Below, piece by piece: positions 28,912 to 39,069 of a stretch of DNA of 64,000 nucleotides. The stretch is taken from NCBI GenBank assembly GCA_965223905.1, contig CBDCXV010000011.1, forward strand, positions 1,760,001-1,824,000, written 5' to 3'. A program made the position numbers and the translations under genes. This stretch comes from Candidatus Latescibacterota bacterium (lineage in GTDB: Bacteria > Latescibacterota > UBA2968 > UBA8231). Position 1 is the first letter of the stretch; each line of letters begins with the position of its first letter. The notes beneath the pieces are model-generated. The model worked only from the letters and a program-made list of their open reading frames with translations, was not told the DNA's origin and ran no database searches.

Positions 28912-30632
28912 TGATCTCCTCCTTCCGGTTCGGGTTCCGCCCTCCTTTGCAGGGCCTGGCGCGCCGCCGCGGTCGCCTCGGCGTTGACGGCCCAACGCTC
29001 CGTGTCGAGGACCACGCCGTACTCCCTCAGGGCTGCCTCCGGGGTGACGCGGCCCTGGCGTACGTCCTCGAGCACCCGGCCGGGATCGCGCTCGAGCGGC
29101 GAGCCGAAACCGCCGCCGCCGGGAAGCCGAAGGGTCACCGTCTCGTCCGGGGGCAGCAGGTACTTCCGTTTCGGGTGCAGGGACTCGCCGTTCCCCAGGA
29201 AGAGCTCCCCCGGGGCGCCGTCCCCGCCGCCGTCGAACCCCCTGGCCGCGGACCGGGTGCGGTCGTACATCGGCGAGTGCAGCGTCTCCTCCCCGCTGTC
29301 GACCTTGAGCACCATCTCCTGGCCGAGGCCGCCCCGGAATTTACCCGCCCCGCCCGAGTCCGGACGCAGGGCCCGCCGCAGCATCAGCACCGGAGACACC
29401 GACTCTATCGCCTCGGCCGGGACGCCGCGGATGCCGCTGGGAAAGGCGGTCGCCGACAGCCCGTCGCTGTCCGGGCGCGCCCCCATGCCGCCGGCGGAGA
29501 AGAAGATGTAGGCGAACAGCCGGCCGTTGCGGTCGCGCCCTTCGAGCTGCGTGTTCCAGAGCCCGGCCGACCCGTCGGCGAGGACGCGTTCGGGAATCAC
29601 CTGAGACAGGGCCCCGAACACCGCCTGCGACAGGAAGTGGCCGATCAGGTGGCGCGCCCCGACGGCGCACGGAAAGCGCGCGTTGAGGATCGAGCCCTCG
29701 GGAGCGCGCACCGTTACCGGCCGGAAGCTGCCCTCGTTGTTGGGAACCTCGGGGCTGACGGCGCACTTGATGGGGTAGGTGGTGTAGGCGTGGGTGTAGT
29801 TGTAGACGACGTTGATGCCGCGGTCGACCTGGGGCGAGCTGCCGGCGAAATCGACGGTGATGCGTCGTCCCGCCACGGTTATGGCGGCGCGTATCTTCAG
29901 GGACTCGTCGAAACCGTCGATCTCGACCTCGTCCTCCCAGGTGCCGTCGGCGATAGCGGCGATCGCGTCCCCCGTCGCCTTCTCGGAGCGCTCGAGGATC
30001 GCCCTCGACAAATCCTCGATCTCCTCCAGGCCCTCCTCCTCCATCATGCGGATCAGCTTGCGAGCGCCGGCGTCGTTGCCGGCCTGCTGGGCGTAGAGAT
30101 CCCCCTCCACCTCGTCGGGGACGCGCACGTTGGCGCGCACGATGTCGATCAGCTCGCGGTTCAGCTCCCCCTCGCGAAACAGCTTCATGATCGGGATGTT
30201 GAGCCCCTCCTCGAACACCTCGCGGGCGTCGGCTCCGAGGGTGCGGCCGCCGATGTCCATGGCGTGACAGGTGTTGGCGAACCAGCCGACTCCCCTGCCG
30301 CGGTGGAACACCGGGGTGAGGACGGTGATGTCGTGGAGGTGGCCGGAGACGATCCACGGGTCGTTGGTCACCAGGCTGTCCCCGGGCCTGAGGCTGTCGA
30401 TCGGGTACTTGCGCGCGAAGTGCCGGACCCCGGTCGCCATGGTGTTGATGTGCCCGGGGGTTCCGGTCACCGCCTGGGCGAGCATGTTGCCGCCGCGGTC
30501 GAATACCCCGGCCGAGAGATCGCCGGCCTCGCGCACGACCGTTGTGAACGAGGAGTGCATGAGGGCCGCGGCCTGCTCGTTGGTGATCGAGATCAGGCGG
30601 TTCCAGAGTACTTCGAGGGTGACGTCGTCCAT
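28908..30632 (-). CDS. Hydantoinase B/oxoprolinase family protein
   Basis: EVLWNRLISI, NDPWIVSGHLHD, EEGLNIP, GAGKFRGGLG, PGGGGFGSP. Confidence 0.92.
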   Translation of the reverse strand: MDDVTLEVLWNRLISITNEQAAALMHSSFTTVVREAGDLSAGVFDRGGNMLAQAVTGTPGHINTMATGVRHFARKYPIDSLRPGDSLVTNDPWIVSGHLHDITVLTPVFHRGRGVGWFANTCHAMDIGGRTLGADAREVFEEGLNIPIMKLFREGELNRELIDIVRANVRVPDEVEGDLYAQQAGNDAGARKLIRMMEEEGLEEIEDLSRAILERSEKATGDAIAAIADGTWEDEVEIDGFDESLKIRAAITVAGRRITVDFAGSSPQVDRGINVVYNYTHAYTTYPIKCAVSPEVPNNEGSFRPVTVRAPEGSILNARFPCAVGARHLIGHFLSQAVFGALSQVIPERVLADGSAGLWNTQLEGRDRNGRLFAYIFFSAGGMGARPDSDGLSATAFPSGIRGVPAEAIESVSPVLMLRRALRPDSGGAGKFRGGLGQEMVLKVDSGEETLHSPMYDRTRSAARGFDGGGDGAPGELFLGNGESLHPKRKYLLPPDETVTLRLPGGGGFGSPLERDPGRVLEDVRQGRVTPEAALREYGVVLDTERWAVNAEATAAARQALQRRAEPEPEGGDQ

Positions 30633-30636
30633 CGCT

Positions 30637-32742
30637 TCAGGCGCTCCGGGAGCGGCTCCTTCGGGCCAGCAGCTCCCCTGTCTCCGTCGAGCTCAGGCTC
30701 CAGCCCGGCGGCACCACCGTCGTCGATTCGACCTCTTCGACGATCAGGGGGCCCGTTTCGGTGAAAGCGGCAGGCAGGGCGTAGCGGTCGAAGACCGGCA
30801 CCGGCCGCGGGCAGCCGTCGAAGAAGACCTCGCGCTCCCCCTTCAGCGGGGTCCCGCACGACCCGGGGGCCCGCAGCTGCAGCCGCGGCCTGGGCCCGGA
30901 GACGGTGACGCGCCAGTGGATGGCCTCGACGGGAACCCCCTCGCAGATGCGCCCGTAGGACCTGCGGTACTCGGCGTCGAAGGCCTCCTGCAGCGCCGTT
31001 CCGGGCTGCTCCTCGAGGCGCCCGTCCGGCAGCGGCACGCGGATTTCGTGCCCCTGGCCGACGTAGCGCATGTCCGCGGTGCGCACCACCACGACCTGCT
31101 TCCCGGAGACGCCCCCGGCGGCGACAATGCCCCGCCCCCGGGTTTCGAGGCCGGCGAGCAGCTCGTCGACCCTGCCGGGGTCGACCTCCTCCAGCCGGAC
31201 CACGAGGGACTGGGAAAAGTCGAACGACAGCGGCGCCAGCAGCAGCCCGATCGCCGACGAGACCCCTGCCGCGCCCGGCACGATCACCGTCTCGATGCCG
31301 AGCAGCTCCGCGACCTTGCAGGCGTGCACCGGCCCGGCGCCGCCGGTGGCGACCATGGCGCAGGCGGCGACGTCGAGGCCGCGCTCGGCGGCGTGAACGC
31401 GCGCGGCGTTTGCCATGTTCTCGTTGACCAGCCGGTGGATCCCCCAGGCGGCCGCGGCGGTATCAGGTTCCGCCGGATGGCCGCCGGCCCGGTCCGGGTC
31501 GCTCAGGCCGCGGGCGAAGCGGCAGACCGCCCGCGCCGCGGCCTCCGGGTCGAGGGCCATCTCCCCTCCGAGAAAGAAGCCGGGGTTGAGGAACCCGAGC
31601 AGGAGGTCGGCGTCGGTGACCGTCGGGAGCTCCCCGCCGAGGCCGTAACAGGCCGGGCCGGGGGAGGAGCCGGCGCTGTCCGGGCCGACCGCGGGCAGGC
31701 CGAGCGGGTCGATGCGGGCGATGCTGCCGCCGCCGGCCCCGACCTCGATCATGTCGAGAACGGGAACCAGCAGGGGCAGCCCGCTGCCCCGTTTGAAGCG
31801 GTACACGCGGGCCACCTCGGACTCGGTCGTGATCGGGAACTCCCCGCCGGTGCTGAGGAAGGCCTTGGCCGTGGTGCCCCCCATGTCGAAGGCGAGCAGG
31901 TCCTCGAAGCCGCAGCGCCTCGCCGCCTCCGCGGCCGCCAGGGCGCCGCCGCAGGGCCCGGACTCGACCAGCCGCACCGGGAACTCGGCCGCGGTGGCCG
32001 CGGTCGCGGTGCCGCCGTTGGAGAGCGTGACGTGCAGCGGCGCCGGCACCCCGAGGCGGCGCATGCCGTCCTGGAGGTTGTTCAGGTAGCGCCCGGCCAG
32101 CTGCTTCACGTAGGCGTTGGCGACCGTCGTCGAGGCGCGCTCGTACTCGCGCATCTGCGGAGCGACTGCATGGGAGGCGGAGACCGCGGCTCCCGGCAGC
32201 AGCTCGGAGGCTATCGCCGCGGCGCGGCGCTCGTGGTCGGAGTTGGCGTAGGAGTGCAGAAAACAGACGGCCACCGCCTCGACCCCTTCCTTGGCCAGCA
32301 GCCGGCAGGCTTCGCGAACCGTGGTTTCGTCCAGCTCCTCCAGCACCTCGCCGCGCGCGTTCAGGCGCTCCCTCACCTCGAGCCGCAACCGCCGCTCGAC
32401 CAGGGGCTCGGGCAGCTCGAGGAAGAGGTCGTAGATGTCGTAGCGCCCCTCGCGGCCGATCTCCAGGGCGTCCCTGAAGCCGGCGGTCGTCAGCAGGCCG
32501 GTACGCGCGCCCTTGCGCTCGATCAGGGCGTTGGTGACCAGGGTGGTGCCGTGGATCAGGCGCTCGACCTGCGCCGGCGGCACCCCGGCGGACTCCAGGG
32601 CTTTCGCCGCCCCTTCCAGCACCCCCCGGGAGGGGTCGGGATAGGTGGTCAGCACCTTGGCGGCCGACAGGGACTCCCGGTCGGACCGGATCACCACCAC
32701 GTCCGTGAAGGTGCCGCCGATGTCGATCGCGAGACTCGCCAT
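30637..32742 (-). CDS. Hydantoinase A/oxoprolinase family protein
   Basis: IDIGGTFTD, HGTTLVTNALIERKG, ESGP, DMGGTT, GPDSAGSSPGPACYG. Start MASLAID at 32742. Confidence 0.92.
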   Translation of the reverse strand: MASLAIDIGGTFTDVVVIRSDRESLSAAKVLTTYPDPSRGVLEGAAKALESAGVPPAQVERLIHGTTLVTNALIERKGARTGLLTTAGFRDALEIGREGRYDIYDLFLELPEPLVERRLRLEVRERLNARGEVLEELDETTVREACRLLAKEGVEAVAVCFLHSYANSDHERRAAAIASELLPGAAVSASHAVAPQMREYERASTTVANAYVKQLAGRYLNNLQDGMRRLGVPAPLHVTLSNGGTATAATAAEFPVRLVESGPCGGALAAAEAARRCGFEDLLAFDMGGTTAKAFLSTGGEFPITTESEVARVYRFKRGSGLPLLVPVLDMIEVGAGGGSIARIDPLGLPAVGPDSAGSSPGPACYGLGGELPTVTDADLLLGFLNPGFFLGGEMALDPEAAARAVCRFARGLSDPDRAGGHPAEPDTAAAAWGIHRLVNENMANAARVHAAERGLDVAACAMVATGGAGPVHACKVAELLGIETVIVPGAAGVSSAIGLLLAPLSFDFSQSLVVRLEEVDPGRVDELLAGLETRGRGIVAAGGVSGKQVVVVRTADMRYVGQGHEIRVPLPDGRLEEQPGTALQEAFDAEYRRSYGRICEGVPVEAIHWRVTVSGPRPRLQLRAPGSCGTPLKGEREVFFDGCPRPVPVFDRYALPAAFTETGPLIVEEVESTTVVPPGWSLSSTETGELLARRSRSRSA

Positions 32743-32750
32743 GGCACCGT

Positions 32751-33671
32751 CTACCGCCACAGCTCCCGCAGCCGGGGCAGCAGGACCACTGTGTCCCGGT
32801 CCCCCTCCTCGCCCCGCCAGCGGTCGTTCGTCAACTCGTCGGAACGGCCGTAGGACTCCCGGATCAGCTCGGGCAGGTCGAGCTGGTGGAAGCGGCAGGT
32901 CATCCAGCCCCGTGCATCGAGCGCGATTTCCCGGAACCCGAGGGGGTAGCCGATCAGGCAGGCGGTGTCGAGGACGACGAGATCCCCCAGCATGCGGATG
33001 CGGTTGATGTGGCGGTGGCCGGTGAACGCCGCGACCACGGCAGGGCATTCGCGGAGGGTGGCGCGCAGCCGCGCCGCGCCCTCTATGCAACCGGCGTCTT
33101 CCCCGCCCCCTTCCGGTACGAAGTTGGGGTGGATCCAGGGGTGCTGAACGAGAATGAGCGCAGAGCCGGCGGCCAGGGCGTCGCGATTCGCCGCGCGCAG
33201 GGCGCCATCGAGCTCGTCGGTCCAGAGGCCCCCGCCTTCTCCATGGCCGGTGTGGTAGACGTTGGCGAGGGCGACCCGGAGGCGGGGGGCGACCTCGGCG
33301 ATCTCGAGGATGCCGGGAATCGGGAAGGTGCGGACCAGGGCATCGAAGGAGAAGTCGCTGGCTCTGCAGTCGTGGTTTCCCGGGACGTAGTGGACCGGAG
33401 CGTCGAACCCGGCGTAGGCCGCGGCGACGTCGCGCAGGGACTGCTCGTAGAGATCGTCCGGCAGCTCGAAGGCTGTTCCTCCGCACAACAGATCCCCCCC
33501 GTGCAGGATGAACTCCGGTTGCAGGGCGTTGACCGCGGGGACAGTGGCGGCCAGGACCTCCGGGGCGCGGGTGAGCATCTTCGGCGCCCCGAAATCCCAG
33601 GGGGCGTCCGGGTGGTAGTGGGTATCGGTGACGAAGGCGAACCGCGCTGCGATTCCGGCGTTTGTTTCCAT
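32751..33671 (-). CDS. Calcineurin-like metallophosphoesterase
   Basis: DTHYH, GGD, GNHD, QHP, GHRH motifs. Confidence 0.88.
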   Translation of the reverse strand: METNAGIAARFAFVTDTHYHPDAPWDFGAPKMLTRAPEVLAATVPAVNALQPEFILHGGDLLCGGTAFELPDDLYEQSLRDVAAAYAGFDAPVHYVPGNHDCRASDFSFDALVRTFPIPGILEIAEVAPRLRVALANVYHTGHGEGGGLWTDELDGALRAANRDALAAGSALILVQHPWIHPNFVPEGGGEDAGCIEGAARLRATLRECPAVVAAFTGHRHINRIRMLGDLVVLDTACLIGYPLGFREIALDARGWMTCRFHQLDLPELIRESYGRSDELTNDRWRGEEGDRDTVVLLPRLRELWR

Positions 33672-33732
33672 TGTCTGGTTGCTCCAGATTGAGTGGCTCC
33701 AAAGAAAGGGACACCCACCGGGAAGGACAAAG

Positions 33733-34509
33733 ATGGACCTTCACGTACCGATTCTCGTCTACCACCACGTGTACCCCGACGACTCCGCGGAGCTGGCCGA
33801 TGCCGTTGCCGCGCGGACCGCCGGCGTCATCGGTCTGTCGGAGTTCACCCGGCACCTCCAACACCTGCGCGCCGGCGGCTGGACGGTGGCCGGCACCTCC
33901 CGCGTCGTCGACTGGCTCCTCGGCGAAACCGGGCTGTCCGGAAAGGCCGCGGTCCTGCACTTCGACAACGGCTGGCTCGACACCGGCACGGTGGTCAAGC
34001 CGCTCCTCGACGACTTCGGGTACACCGCCACCTGCTTCCCGATCACCGACGGCATCGAGGCGGCCAGCAGCGGGCGCTCCGCGGCGGTTCGCACCCTCAC
34101 CGAGGGGGTGGTCGAGAAGCCGTTCATGACCTGGGAGCAGGTGGCGCGGCTCGTCGAAGACGGCTGGGAGATCGGCGCCCACACGGCGACCCACTGCAAG
34201 CTGGCCGACCGGCACGCCGAGGACGGGGACGAGGGTGTAGTGCGCGAAGCCGAGCTGGCGAACCGGATCTTCGAGCGGCGCCTCGGGTTCGCCCCGAGCC
34301 ACTTCGCCTACCCGAGCGGCTCGCGCCACGAGCGCACCGACGAGCTGCTGAGCCGCTACTACCGCTCCCTCCGGCTCTGGCACTTCGAGCAGCCGGTGCG
34401 CTGGAGCTACACGCGCCGCAACACCCCGGTCACGGCCATCGACTGCCAGAACATCGATCTGCGCGTGTCGTTCGCGGAGTTCCGCAGGATCTTCGCCGGC
34501 GAGGAATGA
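33733..34509 (+). CDS. Polysaccharide deacetylase family protein
   Basis: PILVYHHV, LHFDNG, EIGAHTATH, FAYPSG. Confidence 0.88.
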   Translation: MDLHVPILVYHHVYPDDSAELADAVAARTAGVIGLSEFTRHLQHLRAGGWTVAGTSRVVDWLLGETGLSGKAAVLHFDNGWLDTGTVVKPLLDDFGYTATCFPITDGIEAASSGRSAAVRTLTEGVVEKPFMTWEQVARLVEDGWEIGAHTATHCKLADRHAEDGDEGVVREAELANRIFERRLGFAPSHFAYPSGSRHERTDELLSRYYRSLRLWHFEQPVRWSYTRRNTPVTAIDCQNIDLRVSFAEFRRIFAGEE

Positions 34510-34570
34510 GGGCGGCCGCAAGCGCACGGCTCGTTTCCGACGTGCCGCCCAGGTCACCGACGACAGAGGG

Positions 34571-34770
34571 ATGGTTGCATTGAAAACCATCACGGGCAGC
34601 GAACGCACTGCCCCGCCGGGCTGGGCGGTTCTCGAGCGGCGGCTGTTTCCGGGTGCGCCTGTAACCGGCCTCCGGGATCGAGCTCGACATCGGCATGCAG
34701 CGCGACGCCGCGACGCCGAGCTTCCGCTTTCCCTGGCACCGGGACGGGATCCCCTTCCGTCAGGACGGTT
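34571..34770 (+). pseudogene. Remnant of a PPxWA-family hypothetical protein: both termini present, middle deleted
   Basis: MVALKTITGSERTAPPGWAVLERRLF (GAGGG RBS) joins out of frame to FRVRL*PASGIELDIGMQRDAATPSFRFPWHRDGIP. The N-terminus resembles the gene at 1-72. Confidence 0.55.
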
Positions 34771-34909
34771 GCAGGGCGCATTCCGCGCTTCCTCCGTCCT
34801 GGCTGGAGCCGTCCCTTGCGGCCTCGCCTGCGGAGCGATTTTCAGCAACCCGCTCGCAGCGGTATCCCGCAACTGACCGATCCCTTGAAACAGGTGAGGA
34901 TGGCAGGCC

Positions 34910-37072
34910 TCAGCCGTACCCCACATTGCCGGTGAAGTAGTCGGCGACGAGCCACACCCCCATGCTGGTGACCTCGCCGCTGAGAATCCCGAGGAAAAAC
35001 GGCACGCTGCGGTGGTAGACGGAGCCCCCTCCAAGGCGCAGCACGCACACCTTGACCGCCCAGGCGAGAAAGACCGAGAACCAGACCCCGTCGGTCATGG
35101 GGTTGGCGCCGATCGGAAAGCCGATCGGGTGGAGGGGCCACCAGGACAGGCGGGCGCGGGCGAACATCATCAGCGCCATGACCACCCCTCCCCCGGCGAA
35201 GAATCCCAGACCCGGCCAGTACACCCCCCGGGGTTGGAGGTTGCGCACCGCATTCTGGTAGGCGGTCGCCGGACCTGACTTGAAGAACCAGCCGTTCATG
35301 TTGATGCCGCCGTACTGGTAGGTCAGGTGGAAAATCATCCACAGGGAGCCGAGCGCCCCGATCAGCAGCGCCAGGATGATCCCCCAGAACACCAGCCGCC
35401 GGCTGCGGCGGTCCATCTCCTCGATCATCTTGAGGGCGTTGGCGCAGGTGCCCATGACGAACACTTGGACGTCCGCAGCCCACAGGTAGGCCAGGGACAG
35501 GTTCATCACCCCGGTGGGACCGATCAGACTGGAGCCGACGCCTTGAATCACCAAGTCGGGCGCGCATATCGGGGCCCGCAGCAGGACCAGACCGGCCTCG
35601 ACTACGATGCGGGTAATGCCGATGAAAATCAGCAGCGCCGCGATGACGAAGAGCAACGAGATCCAGGCCGGGGTACCCATGATCCAGAGCCAGGTCGCCA
35701 TCACCAGCACGCCCCCCACGACCCCGAAAACGGCGCTGCGATAGGACATGATCTCGTCGCCGTCGTCGACGTGCGGCGCCAGACCGGCCGCTTTCAGCAC
35801 CACCGTTTTGAGATGACCGCGACCTATCCACAGGCCTACGAGGACCATCCCTATCAGCGCGCCGGTTCCCTGGTACCCGAGCAAAGGAAATCCGGCGACC
35901 CCGAAAGCGATCGTTTGCGACGACTTGATTCCGGCGATTTGGAAGAAGGCCTTCTGGAATTTGGCCACCATGTGAAAAACGCAGATTCCCAGCGCCAGGT
36001 GGGTGTGGATCAGGTACGAGAATCCCAGGGCGACGAAGTTGATGGACATGACGAGCGGCTGCACCCCGAGCAGGGAGGCGTTCCAGCTCAGGGACGGCTT
36101 GGGAACGTTGATTCCGTACGACTGGAGAGCACCCAGAAGGCCGACGAACATCGGAATCGACCACCCTATCCACATGGAAGGGCGCTTGAAGAAGCGGTTG
36201 ACCAGACGGTCGGATTCCTCGCCTCGGATCATCGCCAGCCCCACCTGCACGACGGGATAAGCGAGGCGTTCCCGCTCCATCCATTGACGCCGCAGAATCA
36301 CCGCGATCGACACCATCGTCACGTACAGGGCGAACAGGAAGACCGCCCACCACAGCAGCGGTTCAATCCAGGCGTCGTAGGGGATTTTCCCGCCTCCCAC
36401 GCCCTCGAAAAACAGTGCGTTGCCGGCCCCGTCGTCGACGACGACGCGCTTGTCCAGGTGTGGGAACAGCCTCTCCGCCCACCGGTTTTCCGGCGAGGCG
36501 TAGTAGAAGATGGCGCAGATGATTCCCGGCAGCTGCTCGCTCATCCCCATGGTGCAGAGGGCGGACACGATCAGCATCATGGCGTAGACGAGGATGAGCT
36601 CGGAGCGGTTGAGTGCGATGCTGCGCCCCCGCGTCACCGCGAAGAGGTTCGCCAGCGAGGCCAGCACCAGGAGGCTGGAGAAGATGAGGCCGGGAGAGTA
36701 CAGGTCGACGGCGTCGAACGGTTGGTACGCGTAGACCCAGGTTCCGGTCACAACCGCGGAAACGGCAGAGGCAGGGCCGACACCCTGGCCGGCCAGCTTG
36801 AAGAGCAGGTTCAACACCCCGGTCAGGAGGAGGAACAGGAAAATCCCCCCCCGGGTGTCGAAACCGGCGGACACGTAATCTGTCAGCACCATGTTGGCGT
36901 ACGGGGCGCTCGTGGCGAGGAAGAAGCTGAGCAGGCTGCCGACGCAGAATCCCCGCCAGGTGAGATCGCGCGATCGCAGTCCCAGCAGGGTGGCGCGGTC
37001 GCGCCGCGCCAGGTGTTCCTGGTGCTCGGCGGAGATGCCGCGGCTCGCGCTGCGGCGGAAGGCTTTGCTCAT
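34910..37072 (-). CDS. DUF6785/DUF6784-type polytopic membrane protein (putative transporter)
   Basis: ELILVYAMM, RQWMERERLAYP, RIVVEAG, WWPLHPIGFP, PFFLGILSGE; paralog of 12907-14856. Confidence 0.75.
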   Translation of the reverse strand: MSKAFRRSASRGISAEHQEHLARRDRATLLGLRSRDLTWRGFCVGSLLSFFLATSAPYANMVLTDYVSAGFDTRGGIFLFLLLTGVLNLLFKLAGQGVGPASAVSAVVTGTWVYAYQPFDAVDLYSPGLIFSSLLVLASLANLFAVTRGRSIALNRSELILVYAMMLIVSALCTMGMSEQLPGIICAIFYYASPENRWAERLFPHLDKRVVVDDGAGNALFFEGVGGGKIPYDAWIEPLLWWAVFLFALYVTMVSIAVILRRQWMERERLAYPVVQVGLAMIRGEESDRLVNRFFKRPSMWIGWSIPMFVGLLGALQSYGINVPKPSLSWNASLLGVQPLVMSINFVALGFSYLIHTHLALGICVFHMVAKFQKAFFQIAGIKSSQTIAFGVAGFPLLGYQGTGALIGMVLVGLWIGRGHLKTVVLKAAGLAPHVDDGDEIMSYRSAVFGVVGGVLVMATWLWIMGTPAWISLLFVIAALLIFIGITRIVVEAGLVLLRAPICAPDLVIQGVGSSLIGPTGVMNLSLAYLWAADVQVFVMGTCANALKMIEEMDRRSRRLVFWGIILALLIGALGSLWMIFHLTYQYGGINMNGWFFKSGPATAYQNAVRNLQPRGVYWPGLGFFAGGGVVMALMMFARARLSWWPLHPIGFPIGANPMTDGVWFSVFLAWAVKVCVLRLGGGSVYHRSVPFFLGILSGEVTSMGVWLVADYFTGNVGYG

Positions 37073-37217
37073 GGCACCGCTGCCCGGGAAGGGGAAACCG
37101 CTCAGGCCGCTCCGTCCCGGGTGGTTGGCAGGGGGGTGATCTCGAAGCCGCCCTCCCGAGTCGGGCCGGCGCCGCAGAGGGAAGCGCCTGCAAGTATCAG
37201 CAGTGGCACGGAGACCC

Positions 37218-37982
37218 TCAGATACAGCCCGGGATGCTCTCTCCCCGCATCAGCATGGCATCGTTCACCTTCCCGGGCGGGCCGGTAAAGCGGCAGCGGG
37301 CGCTTACGTAGTGGTTGGCGTACCCCCAGCGCCTTTTCCCGGTGAGGTTGGGTCGGCTGCTGTGCAGGATATGGCCGTGGTGAAAGCTGCAGTCGCCGGT
37401 CTTCAGCTCGATCGCCCGCTCCTCGGAAAGGTTGCCGTCGAGGGCGCGCCGTTCGTACTCCGCCCACTTCTCCCTGTCGAGAACCCCGAACCGGTGCGTG
37501 CCGGGCAGCATCCACAGGCAGCCATTGTCGATAGCGGCGTCATCGAGGGCGGCCCAGCAAGTGACCATGTCGGCAGGGTCGATATGGAAGCCGCACGGCT
37601 GATCCTGATGGTAGGGCTGGCACGAGCCGACTTTCGGCGGCTTCATGAACAGCTGATCCTGGATCAGTTTGATGTCGGGACCGAGAAGCGCCTCTATGCA
37701 GTCGAGGATCCTGGGATTGCGAGCGTGCGCTTCGAACACTGCGTCCTGAAATGCGACGTGGCCCATCTTGCGCAGCGACGCGGCGTAGCTGTTTGCCCGC
37801 AACTCACCCGATTCGACGAGCGGTTCAACCTGAAGCCGCTCAGCCGAAACCGGCGAGCCCCCTCCCGCCACCCACTCGATACGCTCCCTCAGCACCTCTA
37901 CCTCCCTGGAAGAGAGCAGATTCTCGACGATCAGAACGCCGTCCCGCTCGAACTGTTCGACCTGAGCAGCGGAAAGTCCCAT
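37218..37982 (-). CDS. Phytanoyl-CoA dioxygenase (PhyH) family protein
   Basis: QFERDG, FMKPP, YHQD, NGCLWMLPGTH, HSSRPN. Confidence 0.92.
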   Translation of the reverse strand: MGLSAAQVEQFERDGVLIVENLLSSREVEVLRERIEWVAGGGSPVSAERLQVEPLVESGELRANSYAASLRKMGHVAFQDAVFEAHARNPRILDCIEALLGPDIKLIQDQLFMKPPKVGSCQPYHQDQPCGFHIDPADMVTCWAALDDAAIDNGCLWMLPGTHRFGVLDREKWAEYERRALDGNLSEERAIELKTGDCSFHHGHILHSSRPNLTGKRRWGYANHYVSARCRFTGPPGKVNDAMLMRGESIPGCI

Positions 37983-37986
37983 CGCC

Positions 37987-38739
37987 CTACCTGCCGCGCG
38001 CGTACCCCCCGCCGGTCAGGAAGCCATGGCTCTTCGCCACCGCCTCGGTCATGTCGGTGGCGCAGCGGTCCAGCTCGACGATCCACCATTCGACGCGGTT
38101 TCGCCCGGCGGCGGCAATGCGGTCGAAGTCGGTGATCCCCTCGCCGAGCGCCTGCATGTCATCCTCGCGCGTGCACGGCCCGTCCTTCAAGTGGACCAGA
38201 GGGGCGCGGCTGCCGAGCTCGGCGATGACCCCGGCCGGGTCGGCGCCGGCGGTCTGCACCCAGTAGGCGTCGATCTCGAAGATGACGTCCGGGCTGAGGC
38301 GCGGCAGCGCATGTTTGTAGGCCAGCTCTCCGTCGACCTCGAGGAACTCCCACCAGTGATTGTGAATGCCGAAGGTACAGCCGCGCCCGGCGCAGTTCGC
38401 GGCTGCCTCGTTGAACAGGTCGCACGACTCCGCGATCCGCTCGATCGATTCGAACTGGTCGGGTCCGCGACCGGAGATGACGCGCCTGACGCCAAGAGCT
38501 TCCGCGGTTTCCAGCGACTCGGACAAGCTGTCGCCGGCAGGGAGCGGAAGGTGGGCGCTGCAGACCTCGAGCCCGAGGTCGTCGAACAGCTTTTTCGCCG
38601 CTTTGGCGGTGGTGCCGGGAAAGCCGGCCGGCTCGACGCCGAGGTAGCCGATCTCGGCGACCTTGCGGACCGCGGCTTCGTAATCCCGGGCCGCGGCTTC
38701 GCGGAGGGTGTAGAGCTGCAGGGCGATCGGTGCCGGCAT
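37987..38739 (-). CDS. Sugar phosphate isomerase/epimerase (IolE-like)
   Basis: ALQLYTLRE, HNHWWEF, EIDAYW, HLKDG, WIVELD. Confidence 0.88.
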   Translation of the reverse strand: MPAPIALQLYTLREAAARDYEAAVRKVAEIGYLGVEPAGFPGTTAKAAKKLFDDLGLEVCSAHLPLPAGDSLSESLETAEALGVRRVISGRGPDQFESIERIAESCDLFNEAAANCAGRGCTFGIHNHWWEFLEVDGELAYKHALPRLSPDVIFEIDAYWVQTAGADPAGVIAELGSRAPLVHLKDGPCTREDDMQALGEGITDFDRIAAAGRNRVEWWIVELDRCATDMTEAVAKSHGFLTGGGYARGR

Positions 38740-39069
38740 GGGTCCTTCTTTCGGTCGGGTCATGGAAACAACGCCTCAAAGAAGCGTTGATCTTAACTAC
38801 ACTCCGGATCTTGTGAAACTCCAAACTTGCTCGCTGTATGTACTTCGTTTGCGGTCCCCTCCCGAGAAGGCGCCGGTGGCGGCTCGACCGACATCATCGA
38901 TACCGAATTTTCACAGGCGCTGCAAGTGACGTGGCAAACCGCGGCCATTGCGGCCGTTGCAGGAGATACGCGACATCCTGGCGCTGGAGCGGGAGCGAGA
39001 AGTTGCGTGCCTCGCCTGTCAGCCCGTATGCTGTGAAGCAGGGCAGAAAACTGAGGGAGGCTGTGGTCC

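Noticed and set aside
11851-35034. Apparent giant ORFs of 1001 aa (11851), 1373 aa (18917) and 1465 aa (30637-35034)
   Set aside because: Only the C-terminal parts are real genes (starts 12907, 21113, 32742); the upstream parts are off-frame read-through over neighbouring genes, not fusions.
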